From Trueperaceae bacterium (GTDB lineage Bacteria; Deinococcota; Deinococci; Deinococcales; Trueperaceae), in the NCBI GenBank assembly GCA_965215565.1, contig CBDCDZ010000004.1:4320001-4384000 (forward strand): a stretch of DNA of 64,000 bases, given 5' to 3'. Under the pieces are notes generated by a model. It made no database searches. It was not told the origin of the DNA and saw only the letters and a list, made by a program, of their open reading frames with translations. Each line of letters begins with the position of its first letter. The first letter of the stretch is position 1. This document shows positions 9,973 through 19,876 of the stretch, piece by piece. Made by a program: the position numbers and the translations under genes.

Positions 9973-10149
9973 CCCGGAGATTGTCGGATAGAAATCACCT
10001 TTTTCTTCGTCCTAAACGGCTCAAACTGTAGCTCAGACACCTTGCTTTTCGGCTCAAAATTGAGTACAATAAATTCAAATTAGTTAGACGCTCCAAGCGC
10101 AACTTCACCTCTTTAGACAACCTGAATTTCTCGCACAGAGGAGTCACTT

Positions 10150-11223
10150 TTGCCTGTAGCCGAGCCCATCCGCCCGACCTCAGCCACCTCACGCCCTGCC
10201 CCTGCCAAGAAGCCCAAGCTCTGGACCCCTAAGCGTGTCCTCTTCACCCCGGACGCCTTAGAGCAGCCCTTTGGTCAGCAGATGTACGAGCGCATGACCT
10301 CTTTAGGTTTAGATATCACCGAACTCAAGAGCAACCGCGTCACGGGCTTGCGCGGCAAAGACGAGCGTGAGACCTACCGCCTCGCCAAGCAGACCCTAGC
10401 GGTGGTCAACGCGCCCCCCAGCATGATGAAGCTCCAGCCCATCCCACCCTCGGCGGACTGGCAGTTTCACCTCGCTAAGGGCTGCCCCGCGCACTGCCAG
10501 TATTGCTATTTGGCGGGCTCCCTGTCGGGTCCACCCGTGACCCGCGTCTACGCTAATTTGCCTGAGATTTTGGGTCATCTAGCGCAGTACGAGAACGGTC
10601 CGACCTCTTTCGAGGTGTCGTGCTACACCGACCCGCTCGGTCTGGAGCACCTCACGGGCAGCTTGTCCGAGTGCATCAAGTATTTCGGCACGCGCACGGA
10701 CGGCTCACTGCGCTACGTGAGCAAGTTCGACGCGGTGGACGGGTTGCTCGACTTGCCGCATAACGGTCAGACTCGCGCCCGCGCATCGGTCAACGCTGAG
10801 CTTATCGGCAAGAGGCTCGAGGGTGGCACCGCCCCCGTCTCCGCCCGCTTAGGAGCCATCCGCAAGCTCGCCCAGGCGGGCTATCCCGTCGGCTTAGTCA
10901 TCGCGCCCATCATGCCTATCGAGGGCTGGCGTGAGCACTACACCGCCTTGTTCGGCGAGATCGAGGCGACCCTAGACTTCCCCGTGGACCTCACCTTCGA
11001 GCTGATCAGCCACCGCTTCACGCCCGGCTCGAAAGAGGTCTTGGAGGGCTGGTATCCGAACAGCAGCCTCGACCTGAGCGAGGAGAACCGCAGCGTCAAG
11101 CGCAACAAGTTCGGCGGCACGAAGTTCGTCTACACGAAGGACACGATGAAGACCTTGCGCGAGTTTTTCGAGGCGGAGATAGCCGTGCGCTTTCCCGAGG
11201 CGCAACTTCTGTACTGGACGTAA
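10150..11223 (+). CDS. Spore photoproduct lyase family radical SAM protein, copy 1
   Basis: GCPAHCQYCYL CX3CX2C; SCYTDPLG; AGYPVGLVIAPI; NKFGGTKFVY. Confidence 0.9.
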   Translation: MPVAEPIRPTSATSRPAPAKKPKLWTPKRVLFTPDALEQPFGQQMYERMTSLGLDITELKSNRVTGLRGKDERETYRLAKQTLAVVNAPPSMMKLQPIPPSADWQFHLAKGCPAHCQYCYLAGSLSGPPVTRVYANLPEILGHLAQYENGPTSFEVSCYTDPLGLEHLTGSLSECIKYFGTRTDGSLRYVSKFDAVDGLLDLPHNGQTRARASVNAELIGKRLEGGTAPVSARLGAIRKLAQAGYPVGLVIAPIMPIEGWREHYTALFGEIEATLDFPVDLTFELISHRFTPGSKEVLEGWYPNSSLDLSEENRSVKRNKFGGTKFVYTKDTMKTLREFFEAEIAVRFPEAQLLYWT

Positions 11224-11290
11224 GCAGATGTACGTGAGGTGTTGGCTGCTGGCGGCTGACACCTCTTCTCTTTTGGTTTAGGAGACCTCT

Positions 11291-12343
11291 CTGAATCTTC
11301 TCAACGTCAAAAAGATTTATCTCGAGCCCGACGTCCCCGCCTATCCACGCGGCATGGAAATCTTAGCCCGCTTCCCCGACGCGGAGCAAATTGAAATCCC
11401 ATCTCATTGGAACATCCCCAGCTTGCACGGCAACGAGGGTTCGGTGGACGACTGGGTACGTATCAAGCGCGACGTGCTCGTTTTGGGCGTGCGTAAGTCG
11501 CTACCTGTGCGTGAAAATGGGCGGAGCGGCGACTTTATCGCGCCGGGCACCGCGAACGGCTGCGCGATGGCCTGCGCCTACTGCTACGTGCCGCGCCGCA
11601 AGGGGTACGCCAACCCCATCAGCACCTTTGTGAATATCGACGCGGTTTGCAAAGCGATTCGCCGTCACGCCGCTAAACAGCCTCCCAAGCCACTTCTTCA
11701 AACCGACCCTAAATGTTGGGTCTACGATATCGGCGAGAACAGCGACTGTTCGGTGGACGCGCTCATCTCAGACAACGTCCGCGACCTCGTAACGCTCTTT
11801 TGGGAACTTCCGAATGTAAAGGCGTCCTTTGCGACCAAGTACGTCAATTGCGACCTCTTGAACTACGATCCGCAGGGCAAGACCCGCATCCGCTTCTCGC
11901 TCATGCCGCAGAAGATCGCCAAGACCGTAGACGTGCGCACCTCACCTATGAGCGAGCGTATCGCAGCGGTGAACGACTTCGTGGCGGCGGGCTATGAAGT
12001 ACATCTCAACTTCAGCCCGATTATCTTGTACGAAGGCTGGTTAGAGGACTACGCGGCACTTTTAGAAGAGGTGGACGACGTACTCTCCGACGAAGCTAAG
12101 GCGCAGCTCAAGTGCGAGGTCATCTTCCTGACGCACAATGAGGGGCTGCATGAGGTCAATTTAGGGTGGCACCCGAAAGCCGAAGACCTACTCTGGACGC
12201 CTGAGAACCAAGAGGCCAAGGTGTCGAAGATGGGTGGGAGGAATGTGCGGTACAAGCGCGGGTTTAAGGGGGCGCGGGTGCGGGAGTTTAGGAGGTTGCT
12301 AGAGGAGAGGTTGCCGTATTGTGAGGTGCGGTATGCGTTTTGA
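11291..12343 (+). CDS. Spore photoproduct lyase family radical SAM protein, copy 2
   Basis: GCAMACAYCYV; IGENSDCS; AGYEVHLNFSP; protein-like frame extends upstream of ATG 11354 to CTG 11291 behind AGGAGA. Confidence 0.88.
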   Translation: MNLLNVKKIYLEPDVPAYPRGMEILARFPDAEQIEIPSHWNIPSLHGNEGSVDDWVRIKRDVLVLGVRKSLPVRENGRSGDFIAPGTANGCAMACAYCYVPRRKGYANPISTFVNIDAVCKAIRRHAAKQPPKPLLQTDPKCWVYDIGENSDCSVDALISDNVRDLVTLFWELPNVKASFATKYVNCDLLNYDPQGKTRIRFSLMPQKIAKTVDVRTSPMSERIAAVNDFVAAGYEVHLNFSPIILYEGWLEDYAALLEEVDDVLSDEAKAQLKCEVIFLTHNEGLHEVNLGWHPKAEDLLWTPENQEAKVSKMGGRNVRYKRGFKGARVREFRRLLEERLPYCEVRYAF

Positions 12344-12468
12344 GCGATGGTTGCGGGTATTTCTCTTCCGACCTTCGCGCTGAATATTCCACAACTACAA
12401 CGAGATGTGACCTTTTAGGAGAATTCCGCTCTACGATGTCGTACATTTCTTAACTGGGTGATTCTATT

Positions 12469-12789
12469 ATGCAAATAGGTGACTATATCATCTTCCCAAG
12501 CGGAGGCGCGGCTGTCGCACTCGTTTATATTTTTATTTCCACCGCTATCGGCGTCCTGAGCTGGTTTTTCTACCTCTTTCGTGTCGGCGGCGCTCGTTTA
12601 GCGAAGAAGCAGTTTCAGACTGACCATCCAGGTATGCGTATCGCTAAGAGCAAATCGTTTCGTCTCGGCAACTATAATTATGTCGAATTTCGACTTAAAA
12701 CGGGGGAGTCCGTCTTCTACCGGATTGCTCGAGAGCAAGAGATGGCGTGGGAAGTATCTAATCCAAATGTGGCACAAAGTAGGCTGTAG
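12469..12789 (+). CDS. Hypothetical membrane protein
   Basis: One N-terminal TM segment, 106 aa. Confidence 0.6.
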   Translation: MQIGDYIIFPSGGAAVALVYIFISTAIGVLSWFFYLFRVGGARLAKKQFQTDHPGMRIAKSKSFRLGNYNYVEFRLKTGESVFYRIAREQEMAWEVSNPNVAQSRL

Positions 12790-12826
12790 TGCTGATTCAA
12801 CCCAGGGCTGCTCTGCCGAAAAACTC

Positions 12827-13049
12827 ATGATCCCGCCAAGAGACGCTCGAAACGATCAACGAACTCCTCCCTCAGCAACCGCAAGAGAAGCTCGAGGCAC
12901 TCCTATCTTGGCTTGAGCAAGAAGACGACGCTTTCAAGGCGCGGCTACGTGCTGACGTTGGCGCTGGTAAGTTTGACCAACTCATTGCTGATGTGATTGC
13001 TGAAGACGAAGCTGGAGAGACCCTAGACCTTGAAGCGTCGTGCGATTAA
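12827..13049 (+). pseudogene. Antitoxin-like gene with +1 frameshift near the start, followed by a toxin start stub
   Basis: ETLETINELL...RADVGAGKFDQLIADVIAEDEAGETLDL is out of frame with ATG 12827 by one base; overlapping TTG MKRRAIKA stub. Confidence 0.55.
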
Positions 13050-13116
13050 GGCGTTGCTGAACTTCCCAAGCTCGAGCGCTAGGATGTCTTCGCGGTTCTC
13101 AAGCTATAATCAACCT

Positions 13117-13338
13117 ATGGAACGTATTATGATTGACCCTAATATCTGCAACGGACGTCCGGTTATTAAGGGGACGCGCATTACGGTGCAAACTGTGCTC
13201 GAGTTTCTAGGTGCGGGCGATTCCATTGAGGACATTTTAGGCGAGTATCCGAGCCTGACACGCGAAGATATCTTGGCGAGTTTACGTTACGCCTCACGCT
13301 TGTCAGCCAACCGCTTTACGCTCGAGCGGGTTGCGTGA
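13117..13338 (+). CDS. DUF433 family antitoxin
   Basis: IDPNICNGRPVIKGTRITV...EYPSLTREDI; TATAAT at 13105-13110. Confidence 0.92.
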   Translation: MERIMIDPNICNGRPVIKGTRITVQTVLEFLGAGDSIEDILGEYPSLTREDILASLRYASRLSANRFTLERVA

Positions 13339-13677
13339 CCGGATTTCTACTTGATGAGAACTTGCCTGCCAAACTTCGCTTTATGCCTTCGCTACCTGTT
13401 ATTCACGCACGAAATCTAGGAGAAAGTCCTAGCGACACCGAGTTGTGGGCTTATGCGCAAGCGAATGATTTAGCTGGTTATCACCAAGGACGTGGACTTC
13501 TCTGCACGCATTTTGTCTGCTAAGCCGCCGCCTAGGATTGTGCATCTGCGATTTGGCAATTTGCGACTAGCCGCTTTCCACACGCATCTAGCGCACGTTT
13601 GGCCTCGGGTTGAAACGCTGTTAGCCTCCAACAAACTCGTGAACGTCTATCTGGACCGTTTAGAAGCTGTGACTTAG
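13335..13677 (+). pseudogene. DUF5615 PIN-like toxin, frameshifted
   Basis: FLLDENLP...SDTELWAYA in one frame, VITKDVDF...PPRIVHLRFGN in the next; shift near 13475. Confidence 0.85.
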
Positions 13678-13721
13678 AAGCTCGAGCCTCTTTAAACCTA
13701 GTTTGCTAAACTAACTTTGCG

Positions 13722-13970
13722 ACAACACGAAAACGCAGGTTTATCACCGATGAGGCGAGCAACCCTGTCGCGGTAATTTTATCCTTGGAAGATTATGCCC
13801 ACGTTCATGCGATTTTCAAGCCCAACCAGAGCGAAGAGGATGAATTGGACCTCATGCAAAGGACCGCGAATGATGCCGCTTTCCCGAGTGATCTAAAGCA
13901 AACCATGAAGGACTTCGAGCACGCCGATGCAGGATGGCGGGAGTCCACTGGGTGCTCGAGGTTCGCATAG
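13722..13970 (+). pseudogene. Antitoxin-like remnant lacking a start codon
   Basis: RFITDEASNPVAVILSLEDY pattern; no start codon before it after in-frame TAA at 13707. Confidence 0.45.
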
Positions 13971-14039
13971 TAGACAAAAAGAGACGCGGATTCCGCTACT
14001 GCTGAAATTTGCGTCTTCACAACTTCTGTTCCTAGCCAA

Positions 14040-15152
14040 TCACCCAAACTGCGTCAACCCGACGCTCGGCGTCGCCCGGTCTCTCTGAATGTCAATCTGC
14101 GTCGCCGCCATCTTGAATGCTTGCGAACTCGTCGCGGCGGTCATGCCGGTGACGTAGTCGATGAGGTCATCGCGGTAGAGGTCCGCTAGGGCGTCGTCGA
14201 AAATCTGCATCCCGTCGAGTTTGGAGTCTTTAAGGGCGTCGTAAAGTTCCGCGTTGCGGTCCTCGTCGCGCAAGAGGTCTTTGATGCGCAAGGTACCCTT
14301 CATGATCTCCATCGCGGCGACGCGCCCGCCGTTCATACGGGGCAAGAGGCGCTGTGAGACGATGCCGACGAGCGAGTCGGCGAAGAGGATGCGCGCCGAG
14401 TCGCGCTCGTGCGGCGGGAAGAGTTCCATGACGCGGTTCACCGTGCGCACAGTGTCGAGCGTGTGGAGCGTGCTGAAGACCAAGTGACCCGTCTGGGCGG
14501 CTGAGATGGCGGCTGCCGCCGTCGCGTAGTCGCGAATTTCCCCGATCATGATGACCTCGGGGTCTTGGCGCATCGCGGCGACGAGTGCCTCGCTAAAGGA
14601 GGGCGCGTCCACGCCGATTTCCCGCTGGACGATGACCGACTTTTTCGCGCGGTGCAGGTACTCGATAGGGTCTTCCACGGTGATGATCATCTTGTTATGC
14701 GAGACGTTGATCTCGTCGATGATGCGCGACAGCGTCGTGGACTTGCCCGAGCCCGTCGGACCCGTCACGAGGATGAGCCCCTTCTCCTGGTCACGGAAGT
14801 AGTCGATGAGTTCTGGCGCTAAGTTCACCACTTGAAGCTGCGACTCGTCGCTGTTGATGACGCGCAAGACCGCGCTGACCGAGCCGCGCTGCCGGAACAA
14901 GTTGACGCGGAAGCGGCTCATGCCGGGGATGCTGTAAGCGAGGTCCGCTTGGTGCTTCTCTTGGAAAATCGCCTTTTGCCTATCGTCGCACATGATCTTG
15001 ACGAACGACTCGGTCATAGCGGGCGTGAGTTGGGTTTGCCCTACGGGAACGAGTTTGCCGCCGACGCGCGCCATCGGCGGCAAGCCGGCGTGCAGGTGAA
15101 TATCCGATGCGCCCTTGGCGACGAACTGGGTGAGCATGTCGTTAAAAGTCAT
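14040..15152 (-). CDS. pilT: PilT/PilU family type IV pilus retraction ATPase
   Basis: ASDIHL, TGPTGSGKSTT, EDPIEY, MRQDPEVIMIGEIRD, TGHLVFSTLHT. Confidence 0.9.
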   Translation of the reverse strand: MTFNDMLTQFVAKGASDIHLHAGLPPMARVGGKLVPVGQTQLTPAMTESFVKIMCDDRQKAIFQEKHQADLAYSIPGMSRFRVNLFRQRGSVSAVLRVINSDESQLQVVNLAPELIDYFRDQEKGLILVTGPTGSGKSTTLSRIIDEINVSHNKMIITVEDPIEYLHRAKKSVIVQREIGVDAPSFSEALVAAMRQDPEVIMIGEIRDYATAAAAISAAQTGHLVFSTLHTLDTVRTVNRVMELFPPHERDSARILFADSLVGIVSQRLLPRMNGGRVAAMEIMKGTLRIKDLLRDEDRNAELYDALKDSKLDGMQIFDDALADLYRDDLIDYVTGMTAATSSQAFKMAATQIDIQRDRATPSVGLTQFG

Positions 15153-15207
15153 ATGCCCGTTATTGTAGCGGCGCGAGAGGGTGTGTGGAGCGCAAATCCT
15201 CATATTC

Positions 15208-15453
15208 TAGCAGGTATTATCTGGTCAGAAACACGCTCACTGTAGAAAATACTGCTCAGCACGCACATTATGAGATGAGGTCTGCAGCACTCCGTCTCAG
15301 TATGTTTTGGAACTATTTATAGCAAGTCCAGCGAGAACGCCCCACATAGCTTCATCTGGTCAGACGCCCCTACGTCGCAAAGTATTGCCGAGTTGCGCAC
15401 ATCAGGGAATAATTTCCATGTTTGTTCGTCTCGTTAAGCTACGGAACTGCTGT
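15208..15453 (+). repeat. Two tandem family A elements (15208-15319 and diverged 15320-15453)
   Basis: Shared ATCTGGTCAGA...GCACAT...CGTCTC...GGAACT blocks. Confidence 0.75.
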
Positions 15454-15484
15454 AGCAGGTGCTGCAGAAGCGTTAAACTGACGC

Positions 15485-16096
15485 ATGATCGATATTACTA
15501 GAATCCTCAAGACCAAATATCCCACCTGGCCCGGTGACACCGACTTCAAGCTCAAAGACACCGCCAACATGAGAGACGGCTCGCCTGTCAACATCATGGC
15601 GATAAAAACTACGACGCACGTCGGCACGCACCTAGACGCGCCGTATCACTACACGGACGAGGGCGATAAGCTCGGCGCGGTCCCGCTAGAATTGCTCGTC
15701 GGCGACGCGCAGGTTTTACATACGCTCGCTTACGACGCGGTGCCCGCTGAAACGGTCTCGCACTTCGGTTCGCTGCCAGAGCGAATACTCTTCTTCACCG
15801 GGGAGCCCGATGTGTGGACTGACTTTCCCGAAGACTTCACCGCGCTCACGCCGGAACTCATTCACGCGCTGAGCGAACGCGGCGTCAAAGTCGTCGGCGT
15901 TGACAGCCCGAGCGTAGACAAATTCAGCAGTAAGGACTTGCCCGTCCACAAGGCGTGCGCCGAGACGGGTGTCTACATCGTCGAGGGGCTGAACTTGCAA
16001 GGGGTGGACGAAGGGCGCTATCACCTTATCTGCCTGCCGCTCAACATGCCCGACGCCGACGCTTCGCCGGTGCGGGCCGTCCTCACGAAACCGTGA
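15485..16096 (+). CDS. kynB: Kynurenine formamidase (cyclase family)
   Basis: HVGTHLDAPYH, GVDSPSVD, ASPVRAV; adjacent to kynU. Confidence 0.88.
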   Translation: MIDITRILKTKYPTWPGDTDFKLKDTANMRDGSPVNIMAIKTTTHVGTHLDAPYHYTDEGDKLGAVPLELLVGDAQVLHTLAYDAVPAETVSHFGSLPERILFFTGEPDVWTDFPEDFTALTPELIHALSERGVKVVGVDSPSVDKFSSKDLPVHKACAETGVYIVEGLNLQGVDEGRYHLICLPLNMPDADASPVRAVLTKP

Positions 16097-16106
16097 TCTG
16101 GTTACG

Positions 16107-17288
16107 ATGAAGCGCGAAGCCTTCTTACTCCCCAAAGGCATCTACTTAGACGGCAACTCGCTCGGACCGCTTTCCTACGGCGCGCAAGCCGCTATTGAGC
16201 GGCGGCTCAAGCAGTGGCAGGTCTACGGCGTGAGCGCGTGGGAGGAGTGGTTCGCGCTCGCTGAGCGGCTCTCCCCGGCGCTCGCCAAGCTCGTCGGCGC
16301 GAAGCCGAGCGAGGTCATCGCGGCGGGCACCCTGACGGGCAACCTTCACGCGCTACTCGCCACCTTCTACCGCCCCAAAGGGCGGAGGCGCAACCTGCTC
16401 GCCACCTCACTCGACTTCCCGAGCGACCTCTACGCGCTACAAGCTTGGGCGGAGCGTGAGGGCGCGGAGCTTAAACTCGTCCCCTCGAGAAATCCCTACA
16501 CCCTCCACCTAGGCGACATCCGAGACGCGCTAACTGACGACATCGCCCTCGCTGTACTGCCTACGGTCCTCTACCGGAGCGGACAACTCCTGAACGTCGA
16601 AGAGGTCACGGCGCTCGCGAAGAAACGAGGAATCACAATAGGCTGGGACGCGGCGCACTCAATTGGTGCAGCACCACATACTTTCCATAAGGCGGGCGCG
16701 GACTTCGCGGTGTGGTGCTCGTACAAGTACCTCAACGCGGGTCCGGGAGCGCCCGGCGGCTTGTTCGTCCACGAGAAACACCATCATCTCAAGCCAGGGC
16801 TACCCGGCTGGTGGGGAAATGACAAGGCGACGCAGTTTGAAATGAAACACGAGTTTACGCCCGCTGAGGGCGCGAGCGCGTACCAGATCAGCACGCCGAG
16901 CATCTTGGCGTTAGGGGGGCTCGAGGGCGCATTGGCGCTGTTCGAAGAGGTCGGGATTGAAGCCATCCGCCAACGCTCTTTGGGCCTCACGGATTATCTT
17001 ATTGAACTCGCCGACGAACACTTGCCCGAGATGACGCTACGAACGCCTCGCGACCACGCCGAGCGCGGAGGGCACATCGTGTTGGAGCATCCCGACGCCA
17101 AACAGCTCAGCGCCACCTTGCGCGCGCGCGACATCATCCCCGACTACCGCGAGCCCAACCTCTTGCGCCTTGCGCCCGCTGCCCTCTACAACACCGAAGC
17201 GGAGTTGGGAGAGGTCGTTGAGGTTCTGAAAGAGCTGTTGGCGAGTGGCAGCTACAAAAAAGTTAAGGCCGAGCAGCAGGTGACTTGA
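16107..17288 (+). CDS. kynU: Kynureninase
   Basis: YLDGNSLGPL, DFPSDLY, WDAAHSIG, WCSYKYLNAGPG. Confidence 0.95.
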   Translation: MKREAFLLPKGIYLDGNSLGPLSYGAQAAIERRLKQWQVYGVSAWEEWFALAERLSPALAKLVGAKPSEVIAAGTLTGNLHALLATFYRPKGRRRNLLATSLDFPSDLYALQAWAEREGAELKLVPSRNPYTLHLGDIRDALTDDIALAVLPTVLYRSGQLLNVEEVTALAKKRGITIGWDAAHSIGAAPHTFHKAGADFAVWCSYKYLNAGPGAPGGLFVHEKHHHLKPGLPGWWGNDKATQFEMKHEFTPAEGASAYQISTPSILALGGLEGALALFEEVGIEAIRQRSLGLTDYLIELADEHLPEMTLRTPRDHAERGGHIVLEHPDAKQLSATLRARDIIPDYREPNLLRLAPAALYNTEAELGEVVEVLKELLASGSYKKVKAEQQVT

Positions 17289-17422
17289 AAGCCCGCTGCT
17301 CTTGGCCCATTCACCCCGGTTGAACTAACCCAAACGCCCGACTCAAACGCTTCACGTTAAAAAACCCTCGAGTTTTAGCTCACCACCTCACCCCGGACAA
17401 ATGCGCCATAATACTGGGTGTT

Positions 17423-18388
17423 ATGACCCAGCGAGGCGCGATCACCAAAGCGAGACGTTTAGCGAGCCTACCCGAACTCCTCGAGCGAAAACCGCGCACG
17501 ACCACCGAACTTGCTGAACTTTTTGGCGTTCCGAGGCGTACAGTTCAGCGCGACTTAGAGACGCTGCGTGAGGAAGGCTACGAGATTGACAGCCCTGCGC
17601 GCGGCCTCTACCTCATCCCCTCCAACCCCTCGAGTCTCAACGCCGTCGAAGCGCTCGCCGTCCACGCCGCCACCAGGCTCCTCTACCACCACGCCCCAGC
17701 ACGCAACCCGCACTACCGCTCCGCTTTAGAAAAGCTCGCCTCCTTGCTACCAGAACCGGCGCGAGGCGTCGCGCTGAGCAGCGTAGAGGCGCTGGGTGAG
17801 CGCCCTCCCGACGACAGGGCGCTCGAGCTTGCCGCTCAAGCGTGGTTCGAAGGGCGCGTGCTCGGGTTCGAGTATCTCTCGCCGAGCGGCTCGGGCAAGT
17901 GGCGCGCTAAAGCGCTAGAGATTTATATGATCGAGATCAACCGGGCCAACCTCGCCCCCTACGCCATCGGTTTCGAGCGCAGCTTTCACAAAAGGATACT
18001 CACCTGGAAGCTCTCGCGAATGCGCAACACGCGCCTACTTGGAGACACCTACACCATCCCTCAGAACTTCGATCCGAGGGACTACTTAGAGACCGCTTGG
18101 GGTGTCATCGGCACCAGTGGCGGAGAGACCGTAGCCGTGAAGTTGCGCTTCGCACCCGAGGCCGCTCACCGCTTACGTGAAGGCGGCTACCCGAACATGA
18201 GCATCGAGCGGGAACTAGCCGACGGCGCTTTAGAGGTCTCCATCCAGGCTGGCACGAACGACGAAGGGTTCCCCTTAGAGCTTCTCCCCTGGGTGCAGAG
18301 TTGGGGTCCGCGCGTCGAGGTGCTAGAACCCGCGAACTTGCGCGAACGCTGGTTAGAGGAGGCCCGGCGCGTCGCTGGGGTATACTAG
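17423..18388 (+). CDS. HTH-WYL-WCX transcriptional regulator next to the CRISPR locus
   Basis: wHTH ELAELFGVPRRTVQRDL; TWKLSRM; WVQSWGPRVEVLEP. Confidence 0.92.
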   Translation: MTQRGAITKARRLASLPELLERKPRTTTELAELFGVPRRTVQRDLETLREEGYEIDSPARGLYLIPSNPSSLNAVEALAVHAATRLLYHHAPARNPHYRSALEKLASLLPEPARGVALSSVEALGERPPDDRALELAAQAWFEGRVLGFEYLSPSGSGKWRAKALEIYMIEINRANLAPYAIGFERSFHKRILTWKLSRMRNTRLLGDTYTIPQNFDPRDYLETAWGVIGTSGGETVAVKLRFAPEAAHRLREGGYPNMSIERELADGALEVSIQAGTNDEGFPLELLPWVQSWGPRVEVLEPANLRERWLEEARRVAGVY

Positions 18389-18389
18389 G

Positions 18390-18502
18390 TAGCAGGTATC
18401 ATCTGGTTTGAGACGCTCCCACTTTGAAGAACACGCTCTAGCACGCACGTTCAGAGATGATATCTGCGGCACTTTGTCTCAGTATGTCGTGGAACTGCTG
18501 TA
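18390..18502 (+). repeat. Family A element, compact copy
   Basis: TAGCAGGTATCATCTGGTTTGAG...CAGTATGTCGTGGAACTGCTGTA. Confidence 0.85.
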
Positions 18503-18510
18503 GATAGCGC

Positions 18511-18587
18511 ATGTTCGTGAGGACGTTGACAACTCATGCTCGAGACTTAGAAGGGGTAAAACGCTAGTTTTGCCGTCTGGGTCTAGT
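18511..18587 (+). promoter_or_regulatory. CRISPR array 1 leader
   Basis: AAAACGCTAGTTTTGCCGTCTGGGTC shared with the array 2 leader; TTGACA at 18526-18531. Confidence 0.8.
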
Positions 18588-19164
18588 CTATTCCCCACGT
18601 GTGTGGGGATGAACCGCGAGCATCGCCAAACGCAAAGAGTACATCAAACTATTCCCCACGTGTGTGGGGATGAACCCACTGGGCAGAGTTGCCCCGTGAG
18701 ACGTTGCAACTATTCCCCACGTGTGTGGGGATGAACCGCTCGACAAGGCGCGTTCACAGTCGTTAAGAGACTATTCCCCACGTGTGTGGGGATGAACCGA
18801 ACTTAGCCGCGTCGGTCTGCTCGTAAGCGTCCTATTCCCCACGTGTGTGGGGATGAACCGTAACGAGCTGAGCGATTTACTATATTGCATTGCTATTCCC
18901 CACGTGTGTGGGGATGAACCGCTGGCTGTTTCACAGCAAACTAGGATACGCGACTATTCCCCACGTGTGTGGGGATGAACCGCGGCGTGCTGCGCCTGGA
19001 CACCTCGAACGTCACTATTCCCCACGTGTGTGGGGATGAACCGAGGTTTACCTCAAGTTAGCGCAGGTTAGCGAACTATTCCCCGCGTGTGTGGGGATGA
19101 ACCGTATCAGTGGACAACGCTCAGCCAATATATTCCCTATCCCCACGTGTGTGGGGATGAACCG
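18588..19164 (+). CRISPR. Type I-E CRISPR array 1: 10 repeats, 9 spacers of 32 bp
   Basis: CTATTCCCCACGTGTGTGGGGATGAACCG at 61-bp period; repeats 2 and 9 have one substitution, repeat 10 a 1-bp deletion. Confidence 0.98.
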
Positions 19165-19247
19165 GGTCATTTCCCATATGGAATTGTCACCCTCTGGGGT
19201 ATAGTAAAGAAGTGTAACACGCACGACACTCACCCAAAGGAGCAACT

Positions 19248-19592
19248 ATGTCCGAACCGACCGCCAACACCAACTTCAGTGACACCGAACGTCGCGCCCT
19301 TATCCTCGAGGGCGCGACGGGTGAAATGAGCAAACGACTCGACGACATTCACGCTGATATTAAAGAGCTGCGTGGCAGCGCCCGCGACGACAACCGTGAG
19401 CTACGCGCTGACATCAAGACAAACGCTGAGGCGACCCAGGCGGCTTTACTCAACGTTCAAACCAACATCATTGACGTACAAAAGAGCGTGATTAGCGTGC
19501 AGAACAGCATTAACCTAATGACGTGGCGACTGCTCGGCGGCGTGTTGCTTCTACTCATCGTCAACGGCATCATTGACCGGGTGTTTTCATGA
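19248..19592 (+). CDS. Coiled-coil protein with C-terminal TM helix (DUF1640/XhlA-like architecture)
   Basis: AAGGAG RBS; heptads NVQTNII-DVQKSVI-SVQNSIN; hydrophobic tail. Confidence 0.75.
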   Translation: MSEPTANTNFSDTERRALILEGATGEMSKRLDDIHADIKELRGSARDDNRELRADIKTNAEATQAALLNVQTNIIDVQKSVISVQNSINLMTWRLLGGVLLLLIVNGIIDRVFS

Positions 19593-19876
19593 ACGCACCT
19601 AACTCTTCCCCCGCGTCTGCGGCTAGCGGGAGCGTCCACGCGACAGAGGTGAACCCCTTACGCATACGCGAAAAGCTCGGCTTGTCGCAGAGTCAATTTG
19701 CTGAACTACTTAGCGTGAGTAAGAAAACCTTGCAGAATTGGGAGCAGGAGGTCCGCGCCCCATCCGGTCCAGCGCTGTCACTTCTTAAACTCGTTGCCGC
19801 CGACCCGAAACACGCCGCGCGAACGTTAGGCTCCGCAGAATCCGGCTTTGCCGGTTCGTTAGGGGTGAAGCGGTGA
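19589..19876 (+). CDS. XRE/HTH protein (HigA-like)
   Basis: IREKLGLSQSQFAELLSVSKKTLQNWEQEVRAPSGPALSLL; ATGA overlap. Confidence 0.85.
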   Translation: MNAPNSSPASAASGSVHATEVNPLRIREKLGLSQSQFAELLSVSKKTLQNWEQEVRAPSGPALSLLKLVAADPKHAARTLGSAESGFAGSLGVKR

